Positions 1 to 10,461 of a DNA stretch of 64,000 nt are shown here, piece after piece. The position numbers were made by a program, and so were the translations under genes. The stretch lies in NCBI GenBank assembly GCA_038331135.1, contig JBBQOS010000001.1, forward strand, positions 9,140-73,139, given 5' to 3'. The notes below the pieces were generated by a model. It did no database searches. It worked only from the letters and a program-made list of their open reading frames with translations, and was not told the DNA's origin. Positions within the stretch are counted from its first letter, which is position 1. Every line of letters starts with the position of its first letter. Origin of the DNA: Candidatus Moraniibacteriota bacterium (lineage in GTDB: Bacteria; Patescibacteriota; Minisyncoccia; Moranbacterales; UBA9337).

Positions 1-357
1 TGATGATGAACGCAAGCTATAATAATTATTTAATTTGTCCTCAAAGAAATAGTTAATCACGCCGTAAAGCAACATTCCCAGTGAAGTGGCAAATATTCCC
101 AAAAGAATAAAAGAAAAGAAATTAATTACAATTTCAACGGTAGTAGATTTTTTACTAAAAACTTTTTGCGCATTTCTACTGGGAGTTGGTACGCCAGCTT
201 TTACCAACCCGATTGCATAAGCACTATCCACTTCATCATCCGACCATCCAACTGCTTGCAATTGTTTTTTTATTTCATCATGCAAAACGCCAGCTTGAAT
301 GCGACCGACTATATAATCAACCAGAGATTGCTCTTCATTTTTAATTTCATCTTCCAT
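1..357 (-). CDS. hypothetical membrane protein (partial, runs off window start)
   Basis: My own minus-strand translation from the ATG at 357 gives MEDEIKNEEQSLVDYIVGRIQAGVLHDEIKKQLQAVGWSDDEV...FFSFILLGIFATSLGMLLYGV. It is open for all 119 codons to position 1. It is not in the supplied track and replaces antisense ORF 166..393. Confidence 0.5.
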   Translation of the reverse strand, partial: MEDEIKNEEQSLVDYIVGRIQAGVLHDEIKKQLQAVGWSDDEVDSAYAIGLVKAGVPTPSRNAQKVFSKKSTTVEIVINFFSFILLGIFATSLGMLLYGVINYFFEDKLNNYYSLRSSS

Positions 358-440
358 AATATTATTTTTATTTTATCGGATTATCTATTATAATGATATC
401 ATACAAAATAATTAATTAATATCTTTTAAACAAAAATATA

Positions 441-2495
441 ATGTTAAAAAAACTAACCCAAATATTTTGGAATAATAACTTGCGCTTTAGGACTAAACTC
501 ATTTTAACTGTAGAAATCCTTGTTATTGCGATTACCATAACTTGTGGTTTTTTAGTTTACAACAACACTCATACCTTAGTAAGAGAAATACTCAGAAATA
601 AGCTTATAGCTATTGCATCTACCACGTCATCCGTTATTGATAGCTCTAAAGTTAAACTACTTCAACTTGAAAAAAATAATCAAGATTCAAATTATTTAGA
701 ATTAAAAGAAACCTTGCAGAAGGCAACTGAAAGCGATGAAGATATCGATTCTATTTATATAATGGAAAAATCAGACAAAGAAAACATTTTAAATTTTTTA
801 GTCGATTCAACTGAAACGGAAGATACCAATAAAAACGGCACCATAGAAGATGACGAAAAAGAAGCTACCATCGGAGAAGAATTTGATATCACGCCCTTTC
901 CTGAAATGAGTAAGGCTTTTGAAGCGAAAACGGCCGATTATGAAACAGCTTGCGATAAATGGGGTTGCTGGCTCAGCGGTTATGCTCCTATTTTAGATGA
1001 AAATAAAGAAACTATCGCCATAGTAGGTGTAGATATATCTGCCAACCAAGTTATCGCTTATGAGAAAAAATTAAAACTTTCGCTTCTCCTAGTTCTCGGA
1101 ATAATTTTTATTTTTTTCCCCATTTTTCTATTCTTTTATCTGAGATATTCATTAATTCCAGTTTCGGAAATATCTAAATCTATCGAAAATTTTAGTGGAG
1201 ATTTATCCACTCGAATGAACTCTGATAGGAAAGATGAGTTTGGCTTGATTGCAAATAATTTTAACCGAATGGCAGATGAATTAACTGATTTGGTAAAAAA
1301 CATAGAAGCCAAAGTAACTGAGAGAACCGCAGAAACAGTTGCTCAAAAAAATTACATCGAATCAGAAAAAAACAAGACTGATTCTATTTTAAAAAGCATT
1401 GGTGATGGGGTTTTCGTAGTAAATACGAATTTCGAAATAACAATGTTTAACAAAACTTCCGAATTGATAACGGGTTTTACTGCCAGTGAAGCTATCGGCA
1501 GAAAATACCATGAAATACTTCAATTTTTTAGCGATTCCGACGAAACTCGAAGAAATGATAGTTTTATAAGAAAAGCTATAGAAACAGGCACTGTCCAAGA
1601 AATGCCACCCCACACTTTATTGATAAACAAAATGGGACAAAAAATTCCAGTAGCCGATAGTGCTTGTCCACTTAAAGATAAAAATGGCGAAATTATAGGT
1701 TGCGTAGTGGTTTTTAGAAATATTACTCATGAATATGAAATAGCTAAAGCCAAGACAGAATTCGTTTCCCTGGCATCTCACCAACTTCGCACCCCTCTTT
1801 CTTCTATAAATTGGCATGCAGAAATGCTGTTATCTGAAGATTCTGGAAAAATAAATGCCAATCAAAAAAAATATTTAGAAGAAATATATTTTGGCAACCG
1901 AAGAATGGTTGATCTGGTGAATTCCCTATTGAACGTATCCCGATTAGAAATGGGCACCTTTTTGGTAGAACCGCAAAAAACAAATATCTTAGAAATGGCT
2001 GATGATGTTATAAAAGAGTTAGCCCCTCGCTCTCTGGAAAAAGATATAAAGATAAAAAAAGATTACGACAAAACACTTCCAGAAATAAATGTTGATCCAA
2101 AACTAATGAGAATTATTTTTCAAAATCTTCTTTCCAACTCACTCAAATATACTCAAACCAAAGGAAAAATTGAGTTAAAAATAAATTATGATAAAAAGAA
2201 TTTAAGCATTGAGATGAAAGACAATGGAATGGGAATTCCAGAAAAACAGAGAGCAAGTATCTTTTCTAAGTTTTTTAGAGCTGACAACGTGCGCCAAACA
2301 GAAACTGAAGGCACCGGCCTAGGTTTATATTTGGTAAAATCAATAATTGAACACTCTGAAGGAAAAGTAAGCTTTGAATCTACTGAAAATAAAGGAACTA
2401 CATTCTTTGTTTCACTACCTCTCTCTGGCATGAAAGCCAAAAAAGGAACCAAAGAAATAAATGAGGTTAATAGAAGGATTGAAAAGATATCCTGA
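441..2495 (+). CDS. sensor histidine kinase (periplasmic sensor, HAMP, PAS, HisKA, HATPase_c)
   Basis: Two TM segments flank an extracellular domain. A HAMP-like segment (FGLIANNFNRMADEL) and a PAS domain (GDGVFVVNTNFEITMFN) follow. The H-box is SHQLRTPLSSI and the G2 box is GTGLGLYLVKSIIE. Confidence 0.85.
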   Translation: MLKKLTQIFWNNNLRFRTKLILTVEILVIAITITCGFLVYNNTHTLVREILRNKLIAIASTTSSVIDSSKVKLLQLEKNNQDSNYLELKETLQKATESDEDIDSIYIMEKSDKENILNFLVDSTETEDTNKNGTIEDDEKEATIGEEFDITPFPEMSKAFEAKTADYETACDKWGCWLSGYAPILDENKETIAIVGVDISANQVIAYEKKLKLSLLLVLGIIFIFFPIFLFFYLRYSLIPVSEISKSIENFSGDLSTRMNSDRKDEFGLIANNFNRMADELTDLVKNIEAKVTERTAETVAQKNYIESEKNKTDSILKSIGDGVFVVNTNFEITMFNKTSELITGFTASEAIGRKYHEILQFFSDSDETRRNDSFIRKAIETGTVQEMPPHTLLINKMGQKIPVADSACPLKDKNGEIIGCVVVFRNITHEYEIAKAKTEFVSLASHQLRTPLSSINWHAEMLLSEDSGKINANQKKYLEEIYFGNRRMVDLVNSLLNVSRLEMGTFLVEPQKTNILEMADDVIKELAPRSLEKDIKIKKDYDKTLPEINVDPKLMRIIFQNLLSNSLKYTQTKGKIELKINYDKKNLSIEMKDNGMGIPEKQRASIFSKFFRADNVRQTETEGTGLGLYLVKSIIEHSEGKVSFESTENKGTTFFVSLPLSGMKAKKGTKEINEVNRRIEKIS

Positions 2496-2678
2496 GTATA
2501 TCAGCATGATAACGAAGAAACATCTTAAGATATATGGATTCAAAAAAAATCTAAATTCATCAGAGACTCCCACATTGAGTCACTATTAAAGCTAGCCTAA
2601 CATGGCTATGAGCACGACACGATCGTCGGGCTTGACCAGGAGTGGTATGCGATTTAAAATAAAAATAATTTTATTTTT

Positions 2679-3056
2679 TTAATACCATATAAATTTATTC
2701 ACTCTTGCGACAATTTCCTCCATTCCCCAATCAGATTTTACTAAATAATCGTTAACGCCCAAGTCTTTCGCCTGAATAAATTTATTCATATCTCCGTAAT
2801 TGGTCAAAATAATAACTTTTAAATCCTTACCTTTTTCATCTTCTCGAAGTTTCTTTAACATTTCCAATCCATCCATTACCGGCATGGCAATGTCCAAAAG
2901 AATCATATCTGGCAATTCCTTTAACGCAATCTCTAGACCGATTAATCCATTTTCTGCTACCACAACATCAAATCTTTCCATCTCAAGTTTGACTTTTAAA
3001 ATTTCTGACAAAGAGGATTCATCTTCCACGATTAATATTTTTTTCTTTTGTTTCAT
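2679..3056 (-). CDS. single-domain response regulator (CheY-like receiver)
   Basis: 125 aa. The motifs ILIVEDE...DMILLDIAMPVMDG...ILTNY are typical of a receiver domain. There is no output domain. Confidence 0.85.
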   Translation of the reverse strand: MKQKKKILIVEDESSLSEILKVKLEMERFDVVVAENGLIGLEIALKELPDMILLDIAMPVMDGLEMLKKLREDEKGKDLKVIILTNYGDMNKFIQAKDLGVNDYLVKSDWGMEEIVARVNKFIWY

Positions 3057-3105
3057 GTTTTATTTTTTGTATTTAATTAAATTGATTTATCGGAAACTCA
3101 CCTAC

Positions 3106-5436
3106 CTATTTCTCATCATCTTCCAACTTTATCGATAATAATTTAGACACTCCATCATCTCCCATCGTCGCACCATAAAGATAAGAAGCTTGGCGCATTG
3201 TTTCTCTATTATGAGTAATTGCGACAAATTGAGTTCGATTTGATAAAGTTTTTAGAATTTTACTAAATCTCCTGGAGTTAGCTTCATCCAAAGCTGCCTC
3301 TACTTCATCTAACATTGAAAAAGGAGGTGGATTATAAGAAATAATTGCAAACAGTAAGGCTAGAGAGGTCAGAGACCTTTCTCCCCCAGAAAGCATTGAG
3401 AGGTTAGAAATCTTTTTTCCTGGAGGGCAAGCAGCGATATCTATTCCCACCTCATCCTTATCATTATCTTCTAGTTCTTCAATCTCCTCTTCTAATTTAT
3501 CTTCTTTTTCTACATCTAATCCGTCTCCCAATATTTGCTTAACTCGATTAATTTTCTTTTTTCTTGTTTTTACCAAGCTAGCCTTTCCTCCTCCAAAAAT
3601 TATTTTAAAATACTTTGAAAATTCATCGTTAATTTTACCAAAGGCTTCAGCAAATACCACATCGATTTTTTTATCCATTTCTTTAGCAATTTCCAAAAGC
3701 GAAACAATGGCTTGCTCCAAATCTTTTGATTCTTGTTGTAAGGTTTCATAACGCTTATTAGTTTCTTCGTATTCCTCCACAATTAATGGATCAATTCCTC
3801 CAATTTGTTCCATCTGAATTTTTAATCTAGAAATTTTTTGCTCCGTATCATATCGATCAATTTTTTCTCCGTCAAATTTAAGGTTAACGATTTCTACATT
3901 TAAATTATTTTTTGCTTCAGCGGTCAAATCTTCTTCGCGCACTTCAATTCTAGCCAGAGACACTTTAGCGTCATTGAACTTGTCTTTCGCGATATCCAAT
4001 TTTCTTTGTCCTTCTCGTAATTTTTCTTCGGCAACAAAAAATTCCTCACGCACCTTAGCATCTCTTTCTACTTCTTTTTGAATCTGAGCATTAATCTCGG
4101 CAATTTTTCCCCTAGCTATTTTAATTTCTTTTCTCAGTTTTTCTAGCTGTTTATTCATTTCTTCCAACTGTTTATTGCCCTCTTTTTCTCCTTCTATTTG
4201 TTCTTGAGTTTTTTTGCCTTCTACCTTGCCCTTATTGATATCTCCCTTGAGTATTACAATATTCTTTTCTATTTTTATAATAAATTCTTTTAGCTCAGTC
4301 AATTCTTCCAATGTCTTAATCTTTTCAATCCTTTCACTCAGCTCTCTTTGGTAGATATGAATTTTTTCTAATTCCTCCTGAATATATCCCTTATCTACTA
4401 GGATTTCCTTAATAATCCCCTGTTGTCTAATTCTATCGCGTAAAATTTCCATTTTTCCCTCAGTCATCATTATTTCTTTTTCGGAAATATTCACAATTCG
4501 ATAAATCTTATCTCTTTCAAATTTTAATTCATCTTGAGCTTTGTTTTGTCTCATTTTTTGAGATTCACTTTCTACGAAGTCGTTAAGTTTATCCAAATCT
4601 CTTTGAATTAAAATCACTTCTTTACCTAAATCTTCTTTTTGTCTAAAAGACTCCTCTCTGTCTGTCTGAAAAGAATGCCACAAAAAAGAAAAATATTTCT
4701 CTTGAATTTCTCTTAACTTACTTTTTATTTCAGCTCCTTTTTGAGCTTTATCGGATTGTCTTTTTAAAATTCGTAAATGTGGCTCTATCTCTCCTAAAAG
4801 AGCACTAACTTGTAAAAGATTTTTACTGGTTGCTTCCAATTTTTTTAAAGCTCGCTCTTTTTTAATTTGATATTGTTTTACTCCCGCCGCATCTTCCAAG
4901 ATCGACTTCCTCTCGCTTATTGAAGCGTTTAAGACCGCATCACTCATGCCCTGGTTGACTACGCTATAGCTATCCTTGCCCACTCCGGCTTTGGCTAACA
5001 AATCAGTTATGTCAGTCAGTCTTACCTTAGAACCGTTAATAAGATATTCACTTTCACCACTACGATAGATTTTTCTACGAATAACCACTTCCGAGAAATC
5101 CAATGGAATTTTTTTATCAGAATTATCTAAATGCAATGACACCGAAGCATAATTTAGTTTTCCCTTATTTCCACTTCCGGCAAAGATAACATCTTCTGAT
5201 TTTTTGCCTCGAAGGTTTTTCATGGATTGTTCTCCCATTACCCAGCGAATTGCATCAGCGATATTTGACTTACCACTTCCATTTGGTCCCACTATGGCAG
5301 TAATGCCCATTTTCTTTTTTTCGCCATTTTCAATATTACCGTTGACTTCATTAATTGAATCCGAGGGCATGAAATCTATAACAGTTTTATTGGCAAAAGA
5401 TTTAAAACCGGCTATTTCTAATTTTTTTAAATACAT
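3106..5436 (-). CDS. smc: SMC-family chromosome segregation ATPase, unusually short (776 aa)
   Basis: The N-terminus is MYLKKLEIAGFKSF with Walker A GPNGSGKSN. The C-terminal signature is LSGGERSLTSLALLFA with Walker B FSMLDEVEAALD. A long coiled-coil middle lacks a recognisable hinge. Confidence 0.75.
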   Translation of the reverse strand: MYLKKLEIAGFKSFANKTVIDFMPSDSINEVNGNIENGEKKKMGITAIVGPNGSGKSNIADAIRWVMGEQSMKNLRGKKSEDVIFAGSGNKGKLNYASVSLHLDNSDKKIPLDFSEVVIRRKIYRSGESEYLINGSKVRLTDITDLLAKAGVGKDSYSVVNQGMSDAVLNASISERKSILEDAAGVKQYQIKKERALKKLEATSKNLLQVSALLGEIEPHLRILKRQSDKAQKGAEIKSKLREIQEKYFSFLWHSFQTDREESFRQKEDLGKEVILIQRDLDKLNDFVESESQKMRQNKAQDELKFERDKIYRIVNISEKEIMMTEGKMEILRDRIRQQGIIKEILVDKGYIQEELEKIHIYQRELSERIEKIKTLEELTELKEFIIKIEKNIVILKGDINKGKVEGKKTQEQIEGEKEGNKQLEEMNKQLEKLRKEIKIARGKIAEINAQIQKEVERDAKVREEFFVAEEKLREGQRKLDIAKDKFNDAKVSLARIEVREEDLTAEAKNNLNVEIVNLKFDGEKIDRYDTEQKISRLKIQMEQIGGIDPLIVEEYEETNKRYETLQQESKDLEQAIVSLLEIAKEMDKKIDVVFAEAFGKINDEFSKYFKIIFGGGKASLVKTRKKKINRVKQILGDGLDVEKEDKLEEEIEELEDNDKDEVGIDIAACPPGKKISNLSMLSGGERSLTSLALLFAIISYNPPPFSMLDEVEAALDEANSRRFSKILKTLSNRTQFVAITHNRETMRQASYLYGATMGDDGVSKLLSIKLEDDEK

Positions 5437-5818
5437 ATATTTTCATAAAACACAAAAAATTTAGCACTAACAAGGTGCTATATGCTACAAAACTATTGTA
5501 CTATAAATATTGAGATTTAGGAAATATATGGAAAAATTTCGAAATCCCAATTTCAAATTTCAAACCAATGACAAAGTGCCGATATCTAATATCAAATTAA
5601 CTAGATTATTTCTATTATGAGATTAGATTTCTGTGCCACCGCTAAAGCTACAGCAACACACGGTCCACTCCGCTAGCGCTCCAGTCCGCTTCGCAGTAGC
5701 TTTAGCGAGACGAGTTCGAAGTGACCCATATTGGTAGTACTTCAATCAATTCGGTATAAATCAAATAATTTTTTCAAGTCTTTATGCTAAATAATTAACA
5801 TTTATTTTTAACATACTC

Positions 5819-5843
5819 AAAAAGCGGACACTTTCGTGTCCAC
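5819..5843 (-). terminator. rho-independent terminator downstream of rnc
   Basis: The minus strand reads GTGGACAC-GAAA-GTGTCCGC followed by TTTTT. Confidence 0.6.
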
Positions 5844-5880
5844 TTTCTGGGGTACAGTTCACAAGTATATACTTTTATTT

Positions 5881-6570
5881 CTACATCCATCCTTTCGCCC
5901 TTAATCCTTCCTGTGCTGCTTCTCTTTGAGCTTCTTGCTTACTAGCGCCATTGCCCTGAGCCACTAATTCATCGCCAATGTAAACACCCACAGTGAAATT
6001 TTTATCATGATCTGGCCCCTCCTCTTTTAAAATTCGGTAAGAGGGCGTTAATTTAAAGTGTTCTTGAGAGTTTTCTTGAAAATAACTTTTGGGATCAAGG
6101 TATAATTTATTAGCAATCACATTCTCAATCTTAATTACTATATTTTCCAAAATAAATTTTTCCGCCACTGCATAACCCTGGTCCAAATAAATTGCTCCAA
6201 TAATAGCTTCCAAGGCATTAGCTAATAAATATTGTCGAGCTCGTCCCTTATCGCTAGACTCTCCTCGGCTCATTAGCACATATTCATCCACCTTTAATTC
6301 GGCAGAAATTTTAGCTAGCATTTCTCCATTTACCAAAGCCGCTCTCCAGCTGGTCATTTCACCCTCTTGATTATTTCTATAATTTTTAAACAAATAATCA
6401 GTTACCACCAACTCCAAAACCGCATCTCCCAAAAACTCCAACCTCTCATTGTGATTTAATTTATACTTTTTATTTTCATTTAGATAAGAGCGGTGGGTTA
6501 AAGCTTCCTGAATTAAATCCGGATTATTGAACTCTATTCCGATACTTTTAGCAAAACTACTTTTTGTCAT
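5881..6570 (-). CDS. rnc: ribonuclease III
   Basis: It has the RNase III signature ERLEFLGDAVLELVV and a C-terminal dsRBD (GPDHDKNFTV...GNGASKQEAQREAA). Confidence 0.9.
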   Translation of the reverse strand: MTKSSFAKSIGIEFNNPDLIQEALTHRSYLNENKKYKLNHNERLEFLGDAVLELVVTDYLFKNYRNNQEGEMTSWRAALVNGEMLAKISAELKVDEYVLMSRGESSDKGRARQYLLANALEAIIGAIYLDQGYAVAEKFILENIVIKIENVIANKLYLDPKSYFQENSQEHFKLTPSYRILKEEGPDHDKNFTVGVYIGDELVAQGNGASKQEAQREAAQEGLRAKGWM

Positions 6571-6660
6571 CTCGATTAAGAACTTCTAGTTAGAAATTTT
6601 TAAAAAATCGCCATTGGGACGAAAAATTAAAAACTTTTAATTAGAAATTATTATAAATAA

Positions 6661-7176
6661 TTAATTATTTTCTTGAATGATTTTTTTAGCATCTTCTAGC
6701 TTTTCTTTTTCTTCTTTTTTAACTTCTCTTTTTCTTTTATCATCATCCCTTAACGGCTCTCCCATTTCTCGATAAATTGTTCCCAATACTCCGTTTACAA
6801 ATTTAGCTGAGTTTGGTCCACCAAAAGTTTTAGACAATTCTATAGCTTCGTTAATAGCTACCTTGGGAGGAACATTTTCATAATTTCCATAGAGTAATTC
6901 GTAAATTCCAATTCTCAAAATATTTCTATCCACAACAGTAATTTGGCTAAGCGGCCACTCGGGAGCACATTGCTCAATGAGCTCATCAATATCAGTTTGA
7001 TTTTTTAATACACCTTCAACTAAATTTAAAACAAGATCTGTCTCCTCTATTCCAATAGCTAGCTCTTCGATATTCTTATCAACAATATTCAGAATATTCT
7101 CATTATTTCCACCATTAAAATCCCACTCAAATAAAGACTGCATTGCTATTGACCTTTGAAGGTGCCTATTCGCCAT
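6661..7176 (-). CDS. nusB: transcription antitermination factor NusB with Lys/Glu-rich tail
   Basis: NusB-like motifs are present: [13 protein letters not shown]...[14 protein letters not shown]...[17 protein letters not shown]. Confidence 0.85.
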   Translation of the reverse strand: MANRHLQRSIAMQSLFEWDFNGGNNENILNIVDKNIEELAIGIEETDLVLNLVEGVLKNQTDIDELIEQCAPEWPLSQITVVDRNILRIGIYELLYGNYENVPPKVAINEAIELSKTFGGPNSAKFVNGVLGTIYREMGEPLRDDDKRKREVKKEEKEKLEDAKKIIQENN

Positions 7177-7219
7177 TTTAATTTATAAATCAAAGAAAAA
7201 ATTTCTTTGAAAAAGTTAT

Positions 7220-7435
7220 TTATTTTTTTATTTTAGTTGCTTTCTTAGTTATTTTAATAACCTCTCTTCCTTTGTAAAAACCGCATTTTGGACAAGCCCG
7301 ATGAGGAAGAATTTTTTCTTCACAATTACTGCATTTAGCAGCTTGAACTTTAATAATGCTTTTTAATTTAATAACCTGACCGGCTCGTCTTCTTCCTTTT
7401 CGAGCGGTATTATGTCGTTGTTTTGGTACTGGCAT
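7220..7435 (-). CDS. rpmF: 50S ribosomal protein L32
   Basis: It has MPVPKQRHNTARKGRRRA and a zinc ribbon (CSNCEEKILPHRACPKCGFYKGREV). Confidence 0.9.
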   Translation of the reverse strand: MPVPKQRHNTARKGRRRAGQVIKLKSIIKVQAAKCSNCEEKILPHRACPKCGFYKGREVIKITKKATKIKK

Positions 7436-7578
7436 ATAATTAAATTTCTATAATCTATATAGTATTATCTGATTAAACTCTTGCTGTTTAAATTTATCAC
7501 TACTTTTTAATTTTGGCAAGAGCTAAGCTAGGCAACAATTAAAAATTCATCCACCAGACAAGAAACAATTTAAGTACA

Positions 7579-8665
7579 CTATTTATTTCTTTTTTTCAAA
7601 AACGCTTCAATAAATTCATCAATTTCACCATTTAAAACTGCATCCGGATTAGTGCTTTCAAATTCTGTGCGATGATCTTTGACCAATTTATAGGGATGGA
7701 CCACATAAGATCGGATTTGGCTTCCCCATTCAGCGCTCTGATGCCCTCCTTTTAATTTTCTTTTTTCAGCTTCTTTTTGCTCGAGAAATTTTTTATGCAA
7801 TTTTGCCATCAATAATTTCATGGCTCTTTCTTTGTTTTGCAATTGTGACCGCTCTGTCTGACAGGTGGCTACAGTATTGGTTGGCAGATGAGTTATGCGA
7901 ACTGCACTGTCAGTAGTATTAACACTTTGACCTCCCGCTCCCGAAGATCGAAAAGTATCTATTTTTAAATCATCGCTTTTTATCTGCACTTCTTTTAAGC
8001 TCTCAATTACTGGCAAAACTTCAATCAGGGCGAAAGATGTTTGTCTCAAATTATCCGAATTAAAAGGAGATAGTCGCACCAAACGATGAGTTCCTGCTTC
8101 TCCCCTTAGTAATCCATAAGTATACAGTCCAGTTATTTCGAAAGTTACACTTTTTATTCCGGCCTCTTGTCCTCTTGATTCATCAATTATTTTTGTATTA
8201 AAATTTTTCAATTGTGCATAACGCAGATACATCCGCATCAACATTTCTGCCCAGTCCTGAGCATCTACTCCTCCCGCTCCGGCATGAATTGAAATTATTG
8301 CATTATTTTTATCATATTTATCGCCCAGCAATGTCTCAATTTCTAATTCCTTAAAGTCTTTTTCTAGCTGTAATATCTGTTCTGACAAATCTTTTTTTTC
8401 TTTTTCATTATCAACCACTTCCAGTATTTCTAAAAAATAATCAATTTGCCTAGAATCTTCTTCTATTTTTTGAATAATTTTTTTCAAAGATTCCAACTCT
8501 TGCATTATTAGATTTGCTTCTCCATGGTTATCCCAAAAACCTTCTGTATTTATTTTATCCTCCAACTCGCTGATTTTATTTTTTTTGTTTTCTACGTCAA
8601 AGGCATTCCCGCAAGGACGGGATTTTAGATTTTATTTCTTCTAATTTCTTTTTCAATTCAATCAT
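7579..8665 (-). CDS. prfB: peptide chain release factor 2, requires programmed +1 frameshift
   Basis: Frame 0 reads ATG(8665) MIELKKKLEEIKSKIPSLRECL, then TGA at 8599..8597. The +1 frame continues DVENKKNKISELEDKINTEGFW into the track ORF 7579..8565. SPF and GGQ motifs are present. Confidence 0.9.
8596..8602 (-). other. RF2 autoregulatory +1 frameshift site CTT TGA C
   Basis: The exact heptamer CTTTGAC was read on the minus strand. A weak SD-like GGGAA lies a few nt upstream. Confidence 0.85.
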
Positions 8666-8915
8666 ATTTAAAATATAAATTTTTAATCCCCCCCATTACC
8701 CGTACGGCTGATATGTCCTCTACCGTTTATTTTAGAACGTACCGGTTGCGAAATTTTATCTACCTGTATTTCTATGAATTATAATTGGAAATTAAAATAT
8801 TGAATGCTCGCCTGCCGGTAGGTATTAAAATTGATTATTGAGCATTGAAAATTATTTACAGATTGTTTTTTGCTTTAATGCTATTTTGTTTCAATGTCTT
8901 CATGCTCTATATGTT

Positions 8916-9734
8916 TTATTCACCCATCACCAATCTAAATTCAGCTTGAGCTGTTTTCATATCAGCTTTAAATTTATCTATTGCATTTTTAACTGAAAGC
9001 TTTCGATCATCTCTCAAGACTTGAATTTCTTCTTGGGATTTCTTATTTTCAATCACCTTGGATTTATATTCTTTACTGATTAATTTAATTTCTTCCTTTA
9101 AATTATTGGTGACTTTTCTCAAGTCATCTGAAGTAGCATCTTGGCTACAAGAATTTTTGGCCGTGGCTATGGCAGCGTTTGTTCTTTTTTTAAGCTCTAC
9201 CTTTAATGACTCCATAGATTTATCACGATTACTAATCGCACTATCAATTCCCCTATTCATTATTTCTCGAGCTTGGTCAATAGAAGTTCGTCTAACTTCA
9301 ATAGCTTTCTCAACAGCCACTTTAAATTTAATTACTGCAGACTTTTTAGTTGCATCAGCGCCTGCCTTGGTTTCCAATTTATTATAAAAATTATCCCTAT
9401 CCTCATCCCGCATATTCCTTCTATTGTCCAGTTCCGCATCTCGAGAAACTCTACTTTCCTCCATTTCTTTAACTCTGCTTTTTATCCTATCTTTTGATTG
9501 ATTCCCGCTATCTCCAATCTTAGCTTCTAATCTACTAGCTATACTGGCTATTCTATCGCAAATTTTTTCGTTTATTTTATCTTCTCGCTGGGATTTTCTA
9601 TCATCTTTTGTGGCGCTCAAATTTTTCATATTAGTTCCCACTGTCTCACTTTCATTTACTGCTCTAACATTATTAGCTAATCCAGCTAAAAATATTAAAG
9701 CTAACCAACTTATTATTTTTATGTTTCTTTTCAT
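8916..9734 (-). CDS. hypothetical secreted coiled-coil protein
   Basis: It has an N-terminal signal peptide (IISWLALIFLAGLANNVRA) and a charged, repetitive helical body. No family was recognised. Confidence 0.5.
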   Translation of the reverse strand: MKRNIKIISWLALIFLAGLANNVRAVNESETVGTNMKNLSATKDDRKSQREDKINEKICDRIASIASRLEAKIGDSGNQSKDRIKSRVKEMEESRVSRDAELDNRRNMRDEDRDNFYNKLETKAGADATKKSAVIKFKVAVEKAIEVRRTSIDQAREIMNRGIDSAISNRDKSMESLKVELKKRTNAAIATAKNSCSQDATSDDLRKVTNNLKEEIKLISKEYKSKVIENKKSQEEIQVLRDDRKLSVKNAIDKFKADMKTAQAEFRLVMGE

Positions 9735-9766
9735 AGTTATTTAGATTTAAATGTAAAAAATTATTA

Positions 9767-10078
9767 TTAATAAACTTCATTTTCGATAGAATCAAAATCC
9801 GCACTTTCATCAAATTGTCCGTCATCCACCAATCCATCAGCCAAATCATCAGCATCTTCTTCAAAATCAACATCTGTTTGCATCAAGTCAGCTTTTTCTT
9901 GGTTGGAATTTTGAGTACCAGTTCCTTTTGCTGATTCTATCTTAGATTTAGCAATACCGTTGAGAGATTGGATATCGGCGTCGCCCTTGTTTGAAATATT
10001 TTTTGACATAACCAAAAAAATTCCGCACAAAACTACTGCTACGGCTATAAATACCCACAGATACATATTTTTCTTCAT
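9767..10078 (-). CDS. hypothetical small membrane-anchored acidic protein
   Basis: It has a single N-terminal TM segment and an Asp/Glu-rich C-terminus. Confidence 0.45.
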   Translation of the reverse strand: MKKNMYLWVFIAVAVVLCGIFLVMSKNISNKGDADIQSLNGIAKSKIESAKGTGTQNSNQEKADLMQTDVDFEEDADDLADGLVDDGQFDESADFDSIENEVY

Positions 10079-10461
10079 ATCCTACTATTTCTGTTAAATT
10101 GCATTAAGTTGCATTATTTAACTAGATTTTATTTATTATTTATTTTAAATTATTATACCACACTTTAATTAAAAACAAAATAAAAATGTATTTGCATAAT
10201 TTTTAACATTTAGCATTTTATATATTCCAAGGTTCAATCTTTGGCTAGCCAAATGTTGAACCTTGAAGCTGGAAGATATATCAATTGAGATTGCCACGGT
10301 TGGCTTGATTACAAACCTCGCTCCCTCCAGAGGCGGGCACGGCGCAAAGACGACAAACAGAAACTGTATTTGGAGAAAGGTGAACAGTTAGGGCAGCGCT
10401 GTTTGACTAAAGACTATAATAGATATAGAATTTACTTGGGTTTTTAAAGGAATAAAATATT

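Noticed and set aside
166-393. A 75-aa plus-strand ORF at the window start
   Set aside because: It is antisense to a longer, more protein-like minus-strand frame (1..357) that has an ATG start and a TM segment. Its own translation is of low complexity.
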